Assembly: GCA_024137785.1 (NCBI GenBank)
Contig: JAHRHZ010000009.1
Coordinates: 7,522,428-7,586,427 of the forward strand
Reading direction: 5' to 3'
DNA length: 64,000 nt
Source: Ginglymostoma cirratum
Lineage: Eukaryota
The notes under the pieces were generated by a model. That model searched no databases. It was not told the origin of the DNA and saw nothing but the letters and a program-made list of their open reading frames with translations. A program made the position numbers and the translations under genes. This document shows, in pieces, positions 34,478 through 47,084 of the stretch; within the stretch, counting starts at the first letter, position 1, and the number at the start of each line of letters is the position of its first letter.

Positions 34478-36381
34478 CATTACATCTGAGACTATGCATC
34501 AAAAAGAGCTAATTATCAGTAAAGTGCTTTGGGATGTCCTGAGAGGTTTAAAGATACTTTACAAATACCTTTACACAAATAAGATTTTCAAAATTGCTTT
34601 GTGAAATGAAACAATTGTAGACTGGAAATAGAAAAAAATGGCCAGTATCACTCTTCAGACTTTGGCATTTTCATTATCATCAGCAGTGTCTCATGTCACA
34701 TTCACTTGTATTCATTAGAATTGAACAGCTTATATTGGCCCAAATAAAGTGGCTAGTTGAGGTCCTAGATTTAAATAATGGCAGTGAACTTCTTGTGTGT
34801 GTTATTACCAGTAGCTGGTCCGATGGGGATTTATTGAAAACCGCTCCTCTCCAAAATGGGAAGCAAATAAAATAATTTAATGCTACACTAAATCCCTAAA
34901 GGGCCATAATTCTCATAGGTTAGAAAATTACCTCCACAATATTATTAGGATAACATAAATTTTGTTAATTAGCCCAATTTCATAAGGAAGATTGGGTTAA
35001 TTACAAAATGTATTCTTACTGTAGAAAAGGGTTAGGTTTTCTCTCTATGAAGGTTCAAGGGTATGATTATTATGGTATGATAAAGGATAATAGAGTCATA
35101 AATAAAATTAATTAGCCTAATTTGCATATATAAATTGTGCCTCTTTGTTACACTTTCTCCTACAATTCAAAAATCATGCGGGTCAGTTTTATGCTAAATT
35201 TGGAAGGTATGTCAGCTTTTCTATTAGTTAATGCATCATTAAGTTCTCCTAATTGGATTTAAAGTTCTTGTATGAAGCAGCCATAAAGTGCTTTGCTACA
35301 AAAGATGAATGCTGTTGCTGCATTATAAAAATCAACTTCTTTAATCATTAAAAATGACTTTAAACAGCAACCAATCATAAGCATCAGCTGTTTTAATCAG
35401 ATTTTGCTATCAAATTCTTTGTCTCCCTCTACCTCTTTGCTTCTTTAAGACATGCCTGATAAAATCCTTTAGCTCTATGTTTAAGGTACATTATCACTGT
35501 GGGAACAGACGCTGTCTAATTAGACGAAATTGGGATTACTGATCTATAAATATCTACATAATTAAAAGCCATGCATCTAGCTTACATCCGTCACATCATC
35601 TTTCAATGGTACTATGTGTCAAATATATTACTTTCGAGACCATTATACCTCAAAGCATTAGAACCATTAGGACAAAATAAATACATGGCACAAATAAACT
35701 GGTAGGTTAAAGTACTGATCAAATGTCTGATTGACTAAATGTGAATGATTTTCAAGGTTGAAAAAACTCCAAATAGGAGCAAACAATTTGCAAAAGTAGC
35801 ATAACCAAATTCCCATTTTGTTTTTAAAACCACCGTCCATAAGCTAACAAAACCAACAAATAACATCTAAATAATTTTGTTGTAACTTTAAACTGCCGTC
35901 TTGAGTGACTTTATACAACACGTGATGAGAAAAGTCACAGCATTCTGGGGAAAAGAGAATTTCAAAATTACCATAAATTTGTTTTTAATGCTAAAAGCAC
36001 CCATTATGAATTCCACAAAAATAGATCTGAATTGATTAAAATGTCACTGTTTGACTAATTTTGGTCCGGTAGCAATCCGGGTTAGAGAATGTAAACAGCT
36101 TATAAAAAGCTTCAGTTCAGTTACCTGAACTAAAAGATCTTGTCATATTTCGCAAGTTTTTTTTCGGTTGTTTGCTGTTGACGTACTTCAAACTTAATGC
36201 TTATTAATTGATTTAATTTTATGTGCCTCCTTTCTGAATCTAAATGGTGGCATTTTTAATATCTTAGAAGTTCCAGGTATGTAAAACAACAAATGAATTC
36301 ATATGAATGAGTCTGCTTGGGGAGTTACTTTGAAAAGAGTCAATCAGTTTGAAAAGCTGAGACAGGTATAGAACTCTTTTT

Positions 36382-36702
36382 AAGAATCATAGAATCCCTA
36401 TAGTGTAGGAGCAGGCCATTTGGCCCAACAAATCCACGCCAACTCTCCAAAGAGCGTCCAACACACACCCCGCTACCCTAACCCTGTAACACGAATTTGC
36501 CATAACTAATCCACTTAGCTTGCACATCCCTGGACACTATTACAGCACAATTTAGCACGGCTAACTTATTAAACCTGCGCATCTTTGGACTGTGGGAGGA
36601 AACCAGAGCACCCTGAGGAAACCCACGCAGACACGGGGAGAAAGCGCAAACTCCTCACAGACACCTGAGGCTGGAATTGAACTTGGGTCCCTGGTTTTGT
36701 GA
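36382..36702 (-). mobile_element. HE1-type V-SINE
   Basis: agaatcatagaatcccta.agtg...tctttggactgtgggaggaaaccagagcacc..gaggaaacccacgcagacacggggaga. Confidence 0.85.
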
Positions 36703-37349
36703 GAGTTCAAAAGAAGTGTAAGTTAAATGGTCTCCCACAGCTATAAGAAAATCAAAGGAAAGAACTATTACGTTATTTAAGCTATTTAAAAATGAACCAG
36801 ACATATGAACAAAGTTATAATCTGTAGAATTAAAGGGATAGCACCAATATGGGTATGATATTGGCTGAGTGACAGCATATAGACAATAGAAGTTAATGGA
36901 CGATTTCTGGACTGGAAAAATAAACTGACTATGTTCTATAATATGTAGAAGCACGTGCTATTTCAATCAAAATTTTGAGTGATACACAACTTGTAAACTA
37001 TCAGGATATAATGTTGTCCAAGGTAATGGGGCTGCAAGAGTTTATTTTCATGCCACATTGAGCTCCACCCAATCTGATGATGTCACACAGTTTTTGGGTA
37101 GAGCCGATGAGTTCTAAGCTACCCTTCATAGGGTACAGGATACAGCTTCTGAGAGTCCTATTAACTATGCCAGACTTGTAATGTCATTTGTACGTATTGT
37201 TAACATGCTATCAACCATCTTAACTAAGCCAAGTATCTCCTCTGTTTTGACTCACCTGTGGTCCAGTTTCTATCACTGATAATGAGACAGGCTCTAATTG
37301 CAACACAGGCAAAGGCAGATAAGTGGCAGTGAATTATTTCAAACAGTCC

Positions 37350-38325
37350 TGTGACACAGTTTCAAATCCCACCACCACGTATTGTCAATTTGAACAATTT
37401 TTTTTAAACCTGGAATTAAAGGTTAGTCAAATGGTGACCAGGAATTATAACTGTTGGAAAAATCCATTTAGTTCACCAAAGACCTTTAGGGAAAGAACTC
37501 TATTGTCTTTGACATCTTGGCAATAGTATGTGCTCCAGAACAGCCACATTCATAACCAAGCCATTCCTGTACAATTACAACATTAGCATTTATCCAGCAA
37601 TGTGGAAAATTGCTCACAAAATGCAAGGCATATCCAACACAGCCAGTTATTATACAATAATTTACTCTTGATCATCTGGAAGTGATAGAAGGTACTGATG
37701 ATAAGACATTCCAGTGACATTTGACAACAATAACTTGCTCACAGATGTTCAGTTTCAATTCTGTCAGGGCCACTCAGCTCCTGTTCTCTTCACCGTATTG
37801 GTCCACATTTGCACAATGGAGCTAAACTCAAGATGGAAGGTGAGAGTGACTACCCTTGACACTGAAAAAGGATTTTACTTATCCCTGACACTATCAGGAT
37901 AAAGCCACCCACTTCATTCGCACCCTCCCCACCATTTTTAACATTCACCTACACACCCCCACCGCCACCACTGGGAGATTGTGGCCCCAGTGTGTACTGT
38001 CTACAAGATGCTCTGCAGTAAAACAGCAAGGCTTCTTCTACAGCCCCTTCCCCTTCCACCACTTAAAAAGACACATGGTCCTCCACCTCCTGCCTGCGTA
38101 AAACCACGAAACATTCTGACTTGGAAATTTAGAACCGTTCCTTCACTGTGCTTGGGTCAAATTCCTGGAACTCCCTTCCTAACAGTACTGTTGATGTCCC
38201 CACACCCAAGAACCGTGGAGAATCAAGAGGGCAGCTCAAAAAGGCCACCACTTTCTCCAAGGCACTTAGGGAAGGGACTTAAATGCTGTCTTAACCAGCA
38301 ATGCTCAAACCATATGAATGAATAT
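37350..38325 (+). mobile_element. Decayed SINE plus CR1/L2-clade LINE fragment
   Basis: tgtggaaaattgctca.., gggccactcagctcctg, gtgagagtgactacccttgac, tcaaattcctggaactcccttcctaacag and a shared tail. Confidence 0.55.
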
Positions 38326-39829
38326 AGAAATATAAAGTTAAGAGAGTTCTGAGAGTCCGATTCTAAGCAAATTCTTTCTTAAAAGATTGTAGACAAATAA
38401 TGTACAGTTATGGCTGTGAGTCCCTTATTTCTCAATATCAATAGTGTCTCTTTTTACTTTATGGTCTATCATATATGTCGCTTTAACAAATGCATTACAC
38501 TATGGTGATCTGTAAAACTTGTCATGCTTGGCCTGACATAGATCACAGTAAACTTCAAATAATTCACTTCAGATCATTGACTACTAACATATAATACAAT
38601 AGGTTCATTAAATAGTAGATATACACATGAGGAATGTTTAATACTTAAGTTGTTAGACTGAATACCTTCATTTGTATTGCAGCTTTGGATGATTTTACTG
38701 GGATTAACATACTTCACAGGAGAAGAAGACAAATCTAGTTTGGTAGGAATTGTGTCTTCCTTGCCCAATTCACATGTCTCACAGTGTGTCTGCTGATGCA
38801 GAGTCATTTTAAATTTGTACTTTTATCATCCTCCTGATTTTACATTATATGGAAAATTTAGTGGCTGGGAAAGATTGGTTAATAATTTTTTTTGCAATCC
38901 TTGCATCTCACAGTTCAAAGGCTAAAAGGTGTACTTTCTAACCTTCCCTGTGGAGGTTTGACAGCTTGCACTCTTTTGTGATAATATTTCACTCTTGGCT
39001 TGCAGCACACAACAGGCTTCAGCAGTTGTTTATTGATTATGACAGACAAACATCTCAACATATACTAAGAACTTCTACAACTTAGAAAAGGCGTCTCTTT
39101 TTTAATAGAAAGCTTGATTTTTCCAATTGCATTGAAAGATCCATTGAATAGTAATTTGCATCATTTTGATTTCTGTAGAAGATTACTGATTAATTTTTGC
39201 ACTCCATTGAGAATACTGACCAAATGTGAGATATAAATATCAACCTTTAGAGTACTAGCAGCTTCAGAGGATCATATGCTCCCAGTTTCTCTCAGGTCCT
39301 TCTGACATTATGATCTCAATACATTGTGATACTGAAACAGTTTCAGCAGTGCAGCATAGACACATTCTATAATACTATTTAGTCATTTTCTTCAACTCTA
39401 CAACAGTAGAGTTATAAAAATTCAAAACACCCCTTAAAGCAATTCCATGTAAAACTAAGATGTTAAAATAACTTTATTTCTATCCTGCTTATCTCCATTT
39501 TTCAAAGCTAAATCTTTCCTGCTTATCATTTTCTCATCTCTCCATCTTCCTTCTATTTGTAAAGTTAAACAATTGTCGTCACGGTGACCAGATGAAGTCT
39601 ACAATTGTTTTCACCATTCTTTGACTGGAAAGATGTAAAATTAGCTTGCCGTTAGTTCAATAAGTGGTGACTTCAGCTGGAAAATGGATATACGAGAGAG
39701 ATTAGATCAGACTGGGAACAGTCATGGTAAGCACACAGTTAAAAACTCTGTCTAGGCTTTCATAAAAAGAATGACCCTTGGCTTAGCTAATATTTGTGAA
39801 GCTATAACTTTCAGAAGAAGTGAAAAGTA

Positions 39830-40880
39830 TTGAAGTGAATAAATTTCCAGTAGCCTTGCAAGTATTTCTCCTTCAACTAATTATTCTATTCCCTTTTAAA
39901 AGATATTATTTAATCTGATTCCACTAGTCTTTCAGGGAGTTTGATTCAGATTATGACACTGTATTGTTTAAAAATATAGCTTCTCAGCTTGTCACTGATC
40001 TGTTATCATTTGCCTTAAATCTGAATCATCTGCTTACTGATCATTCTGCCTTTGGAAATATTTTTCTCTTATTTACTCTATCCACCTCTTCTCCGATTTT
40101 AAAAATCACCATTGAATCTTCTTGTAATCTACTTTACTCTAAGGGGAACAACCCTAGACCTCTGGTCTCTCCACATATCTAGTAACGTTACTGCCAGCAT
40201 TGTTCCAGTACATCTACATTGCATCCTCAGTAAGGCCCTGTACAGTGCTCCCATTTGGACACAATATTCCTTTTGGGATTGCTAAAGGTTTAGCACAATT
40301 GACATGTTTGTCCCTCTTCACATTTTTAATCAGAGGTGGAATGGCTGCAGTTGTCCCATTCTCTGCCACAAATGCCATATGGAATAAGAATTGGAAGATT
40401 GTGGCCAAAGTCTTCATTATTTTAATCCTTACTTCCTTCAACAACCCAGGATATATCAGTCTAGACCAAAGAGTGTTATTACTGATGCCAACTGTTAAGT
40501 ACCTTTGATTTACCTTATTTTATCCCATCCAACATGAAAGTTGCCAACATGCTTTTCTTTCATGAAGGCAAGCAAAGTACTCATTAGAATTTCAGCCTTG
40601 TCTGCTAGCTTTCCAAGGTCTCCGTTTTTGTCCCTGATTGGCTTCATCCTTGCTTTGACTACCTTTCAGTCTTGAAATATTTACTTAAGATTTTGGGACC
40701 TCCATTCATGTCAAACACAAATCTACCTTCACACATTCTCTTTTCCCCTCTAATTTCCCTTTCCAATTTCTGTATGTGCTTTCTCTATTCAGCTTCTTTT
40801 CCACTGAATTATGAACCTGTTATGTCTTATAAGCCTTCCCTTCTGTTCATTTTAATTTCTATATATTTAGACAGCCAGTA
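39830..40880 (-). mobile_element. Old CR1 fragment(s)
   Basis: Decayed minus-strand CR1 motifs (tttactctatcc..ctcttc..gattttaaaaa..cacc..aatct). Confidence 0.45.
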
Positions 40881-41830
40881 AGCAGTAGCTCAGATATTTG
40901 ATTTACATGGAGCCAAGGATTATAATGGAGCATACATGGGAGTGCCTGAAAGTCAAGGTAAGGCCACAGTTAGAGCAGTCACGGTTTTATTTAATAACAG
41001 TGCAGGATTGTTGGGCTGAATGGTCTGAATGTTCTTATCTCAGATGATCTCAATGCCTTTCCTTTCCCCTCAAAGGAGCATTTCTAGGCTAGATTTGAAT
41101 TCTTCAAAGACGTCCTGTTGATCGTTTGCTGTTTTTGCCTTCTACACCCATTCTCTAATTCAGAGTGATGACCGGCCAAGAATTTCCAACAATTAACAAC
41201 ACATTGATAGAAAATGAAATGCTTTAGCCAGGTTGTCTGTCTCATGTTCACCCATGACACTAGGAAAGAACAGGGAAACTTGGTAAACATTTGGGCCTGG
41301 TCTCATGATTTAAGTCACCGCTTGAAGCATTTTATTTTTAGGCTGAAATTCAAAATTTAAAGCATCCGTGTAAATAATTTGGCTTGATGTAAGCAGCTTG
41401 ATAAAACAAATTACCAATATTACCTTCTCAAACAAAGCAAACAATGTGTATATTGCACTATTTTTCAGCATGTCTTTTCTTTGCTTATTAGCAACATGAT
41501 AGTACTAGTTATTGTATCTTTTGATGCTATCAACAAATCTGATGCAAAACTGATACAATACCCCATAATATTCCAACCAATTATGAAGTAAAGTACAAAG
41601 ACATATATTCCAGAGCTGACTCTATCTGAGTCTCTAGCTTGCAATACGCTGCCTTTGGGGCGATCTCTATATTTGCTATAAAATGTAAGTTACCTCTCCT
41701 ATGACCTGGTAGCCTGATGTCAATCATCATTTGACAAACTGGTAAGTATTAAAGTTTCAGTTAGGACATCACCCTGAACAAACTGCACAGCAAGCAATGG
41801 AGCTTATACTATATGCCAGCACAGTTACAG

Positions 41831-42736
41831 TGTTGCGAAGTTGGTATAGTACTTGTGGTTTGGAAGGCAAAGTTTTAGAGTAAATGAGGTTTGTAAAATG
41901 ATAGGGAGAAGGATGTGTGGTACCTTTAAAAGATGATGTGTTTTTTAGGCTTGGAGATTTTTTTAAAAACTGCAGACAGCATCAGATGCACAGAGAATTT
42001 GAGACATTGTATCCAGACAAAGCAGCATTTTCCCCAAGACAACAGGTTTTTGAATTTAGCCAATTAATTTAAACCAGGCCCTAGATACCAAATAAATTTA
42101 AATCTGAAGGCTTTGACAACCTAGGACCAATCCTGTTGTAAGAAATTAATAGGCCATCAAAGAACGGGCCATTTGAAAATCAGTGTGAGAACAACTGCCT
42201 TCTGAAGAGAAACTCACTGGCTCTTGCAGAAATCTCTAAGCTCTCAGAGTAAGCACCATGGTGCTCTTAGATAATAATCCTGATACAAGAATTTGACAGA
42301 GGAAGGCATTCCTCACTGGAGGACAGTGGAGAAGGCAAAAAACATTCTGGAAGACTTATCTTGGCTGTAATTTTGAGAGATTAAGTTTTTTTAAAATTAA
42401 TTTGGTTTATATAAGTGGGGCTAATATCTATTGGAACAACATACTATGAGAATTTAGTTTTATTCAGGGAAAATTAGTTGTTCAGGGGAAATTGGTTTGT
42501 TAGTAGTTCTGTTAATTTGTTAATCATTAGAGTTAGATAAATAAATTGTCACGTTGATTGTGGAGTGACTATCTGAATATCATTTTGTTTCACCTCCTTT
42601 TAACAGATTGAGAGGTGAGAGACAGGTCATATCACTTTTTACTTTTCCTTCAACAGACTATGAGGTGAGGGGAACTTCTCTGGGTGCTTCGGTTTTAATT
42701 ATCAGAGGGGTGTTCACCTCCTCTCTGTTCATAACA
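41831..42736 (+). mobile_element. Solo LTR (~906 bp), related to the LTR at 12731
   Basis: Starts TGTTGCGAA and ends TTCATAACA (imperfect terminal inverted repeat); flanks acag/aaag are a possible 4-bp TSD with one mismatch. The 3' ~90 bp align with the reverse complement of 12731-12820. Confidence 0.65.
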
Positions 42737-42809
42737 AAAGTCAATATTAAATAAAACCAGCTGACCAATTCCATAGGATACAGATGGAGACATGGGAGCA
42801 TAGTATAGT

Positions 42810-43250
42810 ATGTACAGCATAGACACAGATTCCTTTGGCCCAACTCATCCATGCTGAACGGATACCCTATATAAATCTAGTTCCATTTGTCAGCATTTGG
42901 CTCATATCCCTCTAAACCCTTCCTATTCGTTTACCCAACCAGATGCCTTTTAAATGTTGTAATTGTGCCAGCCTCCACCACTTCCTCTGGCAGCTCATTC
43001 CGTACACGCACCACTCTTTGTGTGAAAAACTGCACCTTAGGTCCCTTTTAAATCTTTCCCCTCTCATCTTAAATCTATGCCTTCTAATTTTGGGCTCCCC
43101 AAGCCTGGGGAAAAGACCTTGTCTATTTACCCTGTCCATGCCCCTCATGATTTTATAAACTTTTGGAAGGTCACCGCTTAGCCTCGGATACTCCAGGGAA
43201 AATAGCCCCAGCCTATTCAGCCTCTCCCAATAGCTTAAGCCCCGCCACAA
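42810..43250 (-). mobile_element. CR1/HER1-type LINE 3' fragment
   Basis: ORF 42912..43250 GLSYWERLNRLGLFSLE..RLSGDL..VYKIMRGMDRV. Confidence 0.85.
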
Positions 43251-44065
43251 CTGCAGGCAAGAATTATAAAAGCTTTCATTTCGTGTTACAGTTTAAGATA
43301 CCATAAGACATTAATACAATACTGTTTCTGACAGTTAAATACACATTTTTCGTATAACAGAAGCTGGCTGTTTCTCATCGCGGGTTACCTGTTAATGGGT
43401 CTGATCGCTATGTCTGGGTTTGCGAAGGTGCGCAGCACTGTTACTATTTTTTTTAGGTGAGCTGATTCAATCTGAAACAAGTAACCTCTGCAATTCAGGG
43501 AAAGGGATCGAGTTTACATATTTGTCATAAAAGCTGCAACAGAAATAAGAAGCCGGGCGTAAAATGAGGTAATGACAACGTTTAAAAAGGTCAATATACT
43601 GTAATAGATTTCGAGTCCAGAAAGAAGCCAATGCATTAATGCTTTGAAATACTGATCTCGTAAAGAGAAATCCCTCCTTCTGTTTGGGTTCAGTGACTGG
43701 TCTTCCTTTGAATGTTCACTGACTCAGGTTAGACACTCTAAAATTGTTCGAATACGAATACAAATACAAATATCACCGTTGTCATGTCGTATGCGATTAT
43801 ACAAGTGAATCTTCCATAAAGTCGCACAAAACGATTAAATTAAATCTGCAAACTTGGAGTGTAAACTGTATCGTCATGCATTTCCGGGCTAGCTTTTAAG
43901 TCGATGCTGCTAGCATTTAACCCGGTTCATGGTGCCGGAAATCTCTCCATGTGCTGCAGTCTACAAAACTTGCTTCACTTGTACGAATTAAACTTCCATG
44001 GCCACTTTCCAAATTAGACCATATTTCCTCTCCCTCTCTTTTCCTCCCTCTCTCCTACAGACACA

Positions 44066-44535
44066 GATACATCATTAGTTCAAATGCTTTGCATTTACTC
44101 CAATAGATACAAATATATAATTAGTTCAAATGCTTGTTCTTACTCCTAGAGATACTATATATAATTAATTCAAATGTTTGCCCTTACTCCTTTACATACA
44201 AATATATAAGTAGTTCGAATACCTGCTGTTACTCCTATAGATACTACATAATTAATTCAATTATTTGTTCTTACTCCTATGGATATCATATATAATTAAT
44301 TCAAATGTTTGTCCTTACTCCCGTGAATACAAATTTATAATTAGTTTGAACACCTCTTGTTACTCCTTTAGATACTATGTATAAGAAATTCAAATGTTTG
44401 TCCTTACTTCTATAGATACAAGTATATTAGTTCACATGCCTGCTCTTAGTCCCATCCATACTATATATAATTAATAAAAATGTTTGTCGTTGCTCTTTAT
44501 AGATACAGTTTGTATTATTTCAAATGCTTGCCCTT
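44066..44535 (+). repeat. Minisatellite, ~11 units of ~44 bp
   Basis: Consensus gatac-(a/t)atatataatta(g/a)ttcaaatg(c/t)ttg..cttactcctata; units start near 44066, 44106, 44151, 44195, 44240, 44282, 44326, 44371, 44415, 44457, 44502. Confidence 0.9.
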
Positions 44536-45499
44536 AAAGATTACGCTGTTTCTTCACTGTTGGAATTAAATAACGGCACTAAGGCACATTTTAGGATACA
44601 GGTGCGAATTTTGTCAATAGGCTTTCAAAAATCTACATGTTCTTTGTAAGGTGTATATCTTAATAGGAACAAAAACAAAACGGGGCAAGGTTATGGATTT
44701 GGAGCAAGAGAAGACAACTAACTCTCTCAAGCGGCCAGCACAGCGGTTTAGGCCGAAAAGCTTTCTTCTAGCTATGGATTCATCTGTTCGGTTATAATAA
44801 ACCTTAAATAAATCAGTTTTGCATTTTAAATAATCAAGTGTCCGAAAGCCTTTCAAAAGGGGACGAGTTTTATTCTCCTGACGGTGCATCAATGGATCTG
44901 ACTTTTTTTAAAAAACGTGCTCTTCAGGCCAGCCTTCAGAAACCTATAATGTTCACAAAAGATTATAAGTTGTTAAAAATCACCTTTCATTGCAGCTGAA
45001 GACGTTTCTGCTGTGCAGTCAAACGCGTTTCGCTTGTGGCTTCTGTTCGATTCCTGGGCAACTTTATTTGAAAAAATCCAAGTTTGTGTTGGATTTCAGC
45101 ACCGCACCTTCACAATCACACTGATTGGTTTTCATCGAAACATCCTTAGGGGTCAATAGCATTCTCAGGTACAATGCTGAATCTGTCCTAACTCGGAAAT
45201 AAAACCATTTCCGTCATACTCCAAGACCTTGTGCAATGACATTAAAAATGCTCATGATCTAAAGACAACAAATCCCTCAGAAATCTTTCTTGTTTGCTTT
45301 GTTGTTGTGTCAATCTGCTGTAGATTTTCCAGGAAGTTATAGATACTGATTATATTGACCAACCAGATAATTACTGAATTAGGGACAATATATGATCTGA
45401 TGCAAATTGAAGACAAACACTGAATCTTTCTGAAGCCAACAATGTGACGATTCCAATAATTTGAATTGTAAAATGGGCATTTCTCTTTCGGTGAAATAA

Positions 45500-46215
45500 A
45501 AATAGTTGGAGGAACTCAGCAGGTCTGGCACTATCTGTGGAGGAAAGAAAAAAGCAGGTTCTGGAGAAGGGACGCTGGAGTCAAAACGTTAACTCTGCTT
45601 TCTCCCCACAGGTGCTGCCAGACCAGGGAGAAAGCAAANNNNNNNNNNNNNNNNNNNNNNNNNNNNNNNNNNNNNNNNNNNNNNNNNNNNNNNNNNNNNN
45701 NNNNNNNNNNNNNNNNNNNNNNNNNNNNNNNNNNNNNNNNNNNNNNNNNNNNNNNNNNNNNNNNNNNNNNNNNNNNNNNNNNNNNNNNNNNNNNNNNNNN
45801 NNNNNNNNNNNNNNNNNNNNNNNNNNNNNNNNNNNNNNNNNNNNNNNNNNNNNNNNNNNNNNNNNNNNNNNNNNNNNNNNNNNNNNNNNNNNNNNNNNNN
45901 NNNNNNNNNNNNNNNNNNNNNNNNNNNNNNNNNNNNNNNNNNNNNNNNNNNNNNNNNNNNNNNNNNNNNNNNNNNNNNNNNNNNNNNNNNNNNNNNNNNN
46001 NNNNNNNNNNNNNNNNNNNNNNNNNNNNNNNNNNNNNNTTTGCTTTCTCCCTGGTCTGGCAGCACCTGTGGGGAGAAAGCAGAGTTAACGTTTTGACTCC
46101 AGCGTCCCTTCTCCAGAACCTGCTTTTTTCTTTCCTCCACAGATAGAGCGAGACCTGCCGAGTTTCTCCAGCAATTTCTGTTTCCGCAACCGCAGTTATT
46201 TGTTTTATTTTGTTA
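45500..46215. mobile_element. PLE-derived hairpin element spanning a 400-N gap
   Basis: 45531-45638 is the exact reverse complement of 46039-46146; N run 45639-46038. Confidence 0.7.
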
Positions 46216-46936
46216 TTTTCAGATGAATGTTGAGAAAATAAAAACTGGATTCAGTGTCTTTTAGCTTTTCGACGTTTACCATTTTGAATTTACTGTCACG
46301 CTTCATTACAATGTTGTATACATTGAATTGGAACATTCTAGCAATAACACGCTGTCAAATAGTTTTGGAAAGGCCAGTGTTTTTATGTAGGGTGATTAAT
46401 ATCGTTTCATAAGGCGCCACTTTGCATATCAAATGTCTGGAGGGACATTGTGGGAAAAGGGCGAATTGCAATTTAATGGCTTTGAGGATTTGCTTTGAAA
46501 TCGGTTTTCGTATTTTGGGCAATCTGTAACAGATCCTATTCTGGGATCTCAGTGAGCAGTTACTTTTATAGATCGGACGCAGGGGTCATATTTCTTTTTC
46601 CTCTGGTTTGGTGTTGCTGCCAATTGTGCTGGGTCACAGTAAAAGGAAAGATCAGACTCTCAGCAAATCCGCCACTTCCTGTATGTTTCAGGTTAAAACT
46701 TCAATGACAGCCGGGAAACACACGAGCGCTTTAGATGATCTATATCAGAGAAAGGATTAATGTAGCTTTTCGCAAGTTGTGTTCTTTTATTGTTGACGGG
46801 TAAAATCTTAACGCGCAAAATCGATAAGAAAATGAAATAAAACTTGTGCTAACTAACGTCCTCTCAATGTGTCTTGTCCTTATCTTTCCCACTATGACTG
46901 TAAATTGTACTACAATTCTGAACCAAGGTTATAAAC

Positions 46937-47084
46937 TACAGTTTAGAGAGAAAGCAGAGTAACAGTTCGGGTCCAAACACCCCTCTTCAGGAGTGTCTTC
47001 TGGTTTCTCCCTCCATAGATCTGCTGAATTTCTCCAACAATTTCAGTTTTGGTTTTAGATTTCCAGCTTCCTCAGTTCTTTGTT
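46937..47084. mobile_element. Short PLE-derived element
   Basis: gagagaaagcagagtaac..ttcgggtcc and ctgctgaatttctccaacaatttc terminal motifs; ttataaac on both sides. Confidence 0.55.

Noticed and set aside
44066-44535. CRISPR-like appearance of the 44-bp array
   Set aside because: Units are contiguous and diverged with no unique spacers; eukaryotic context and no cas genes.
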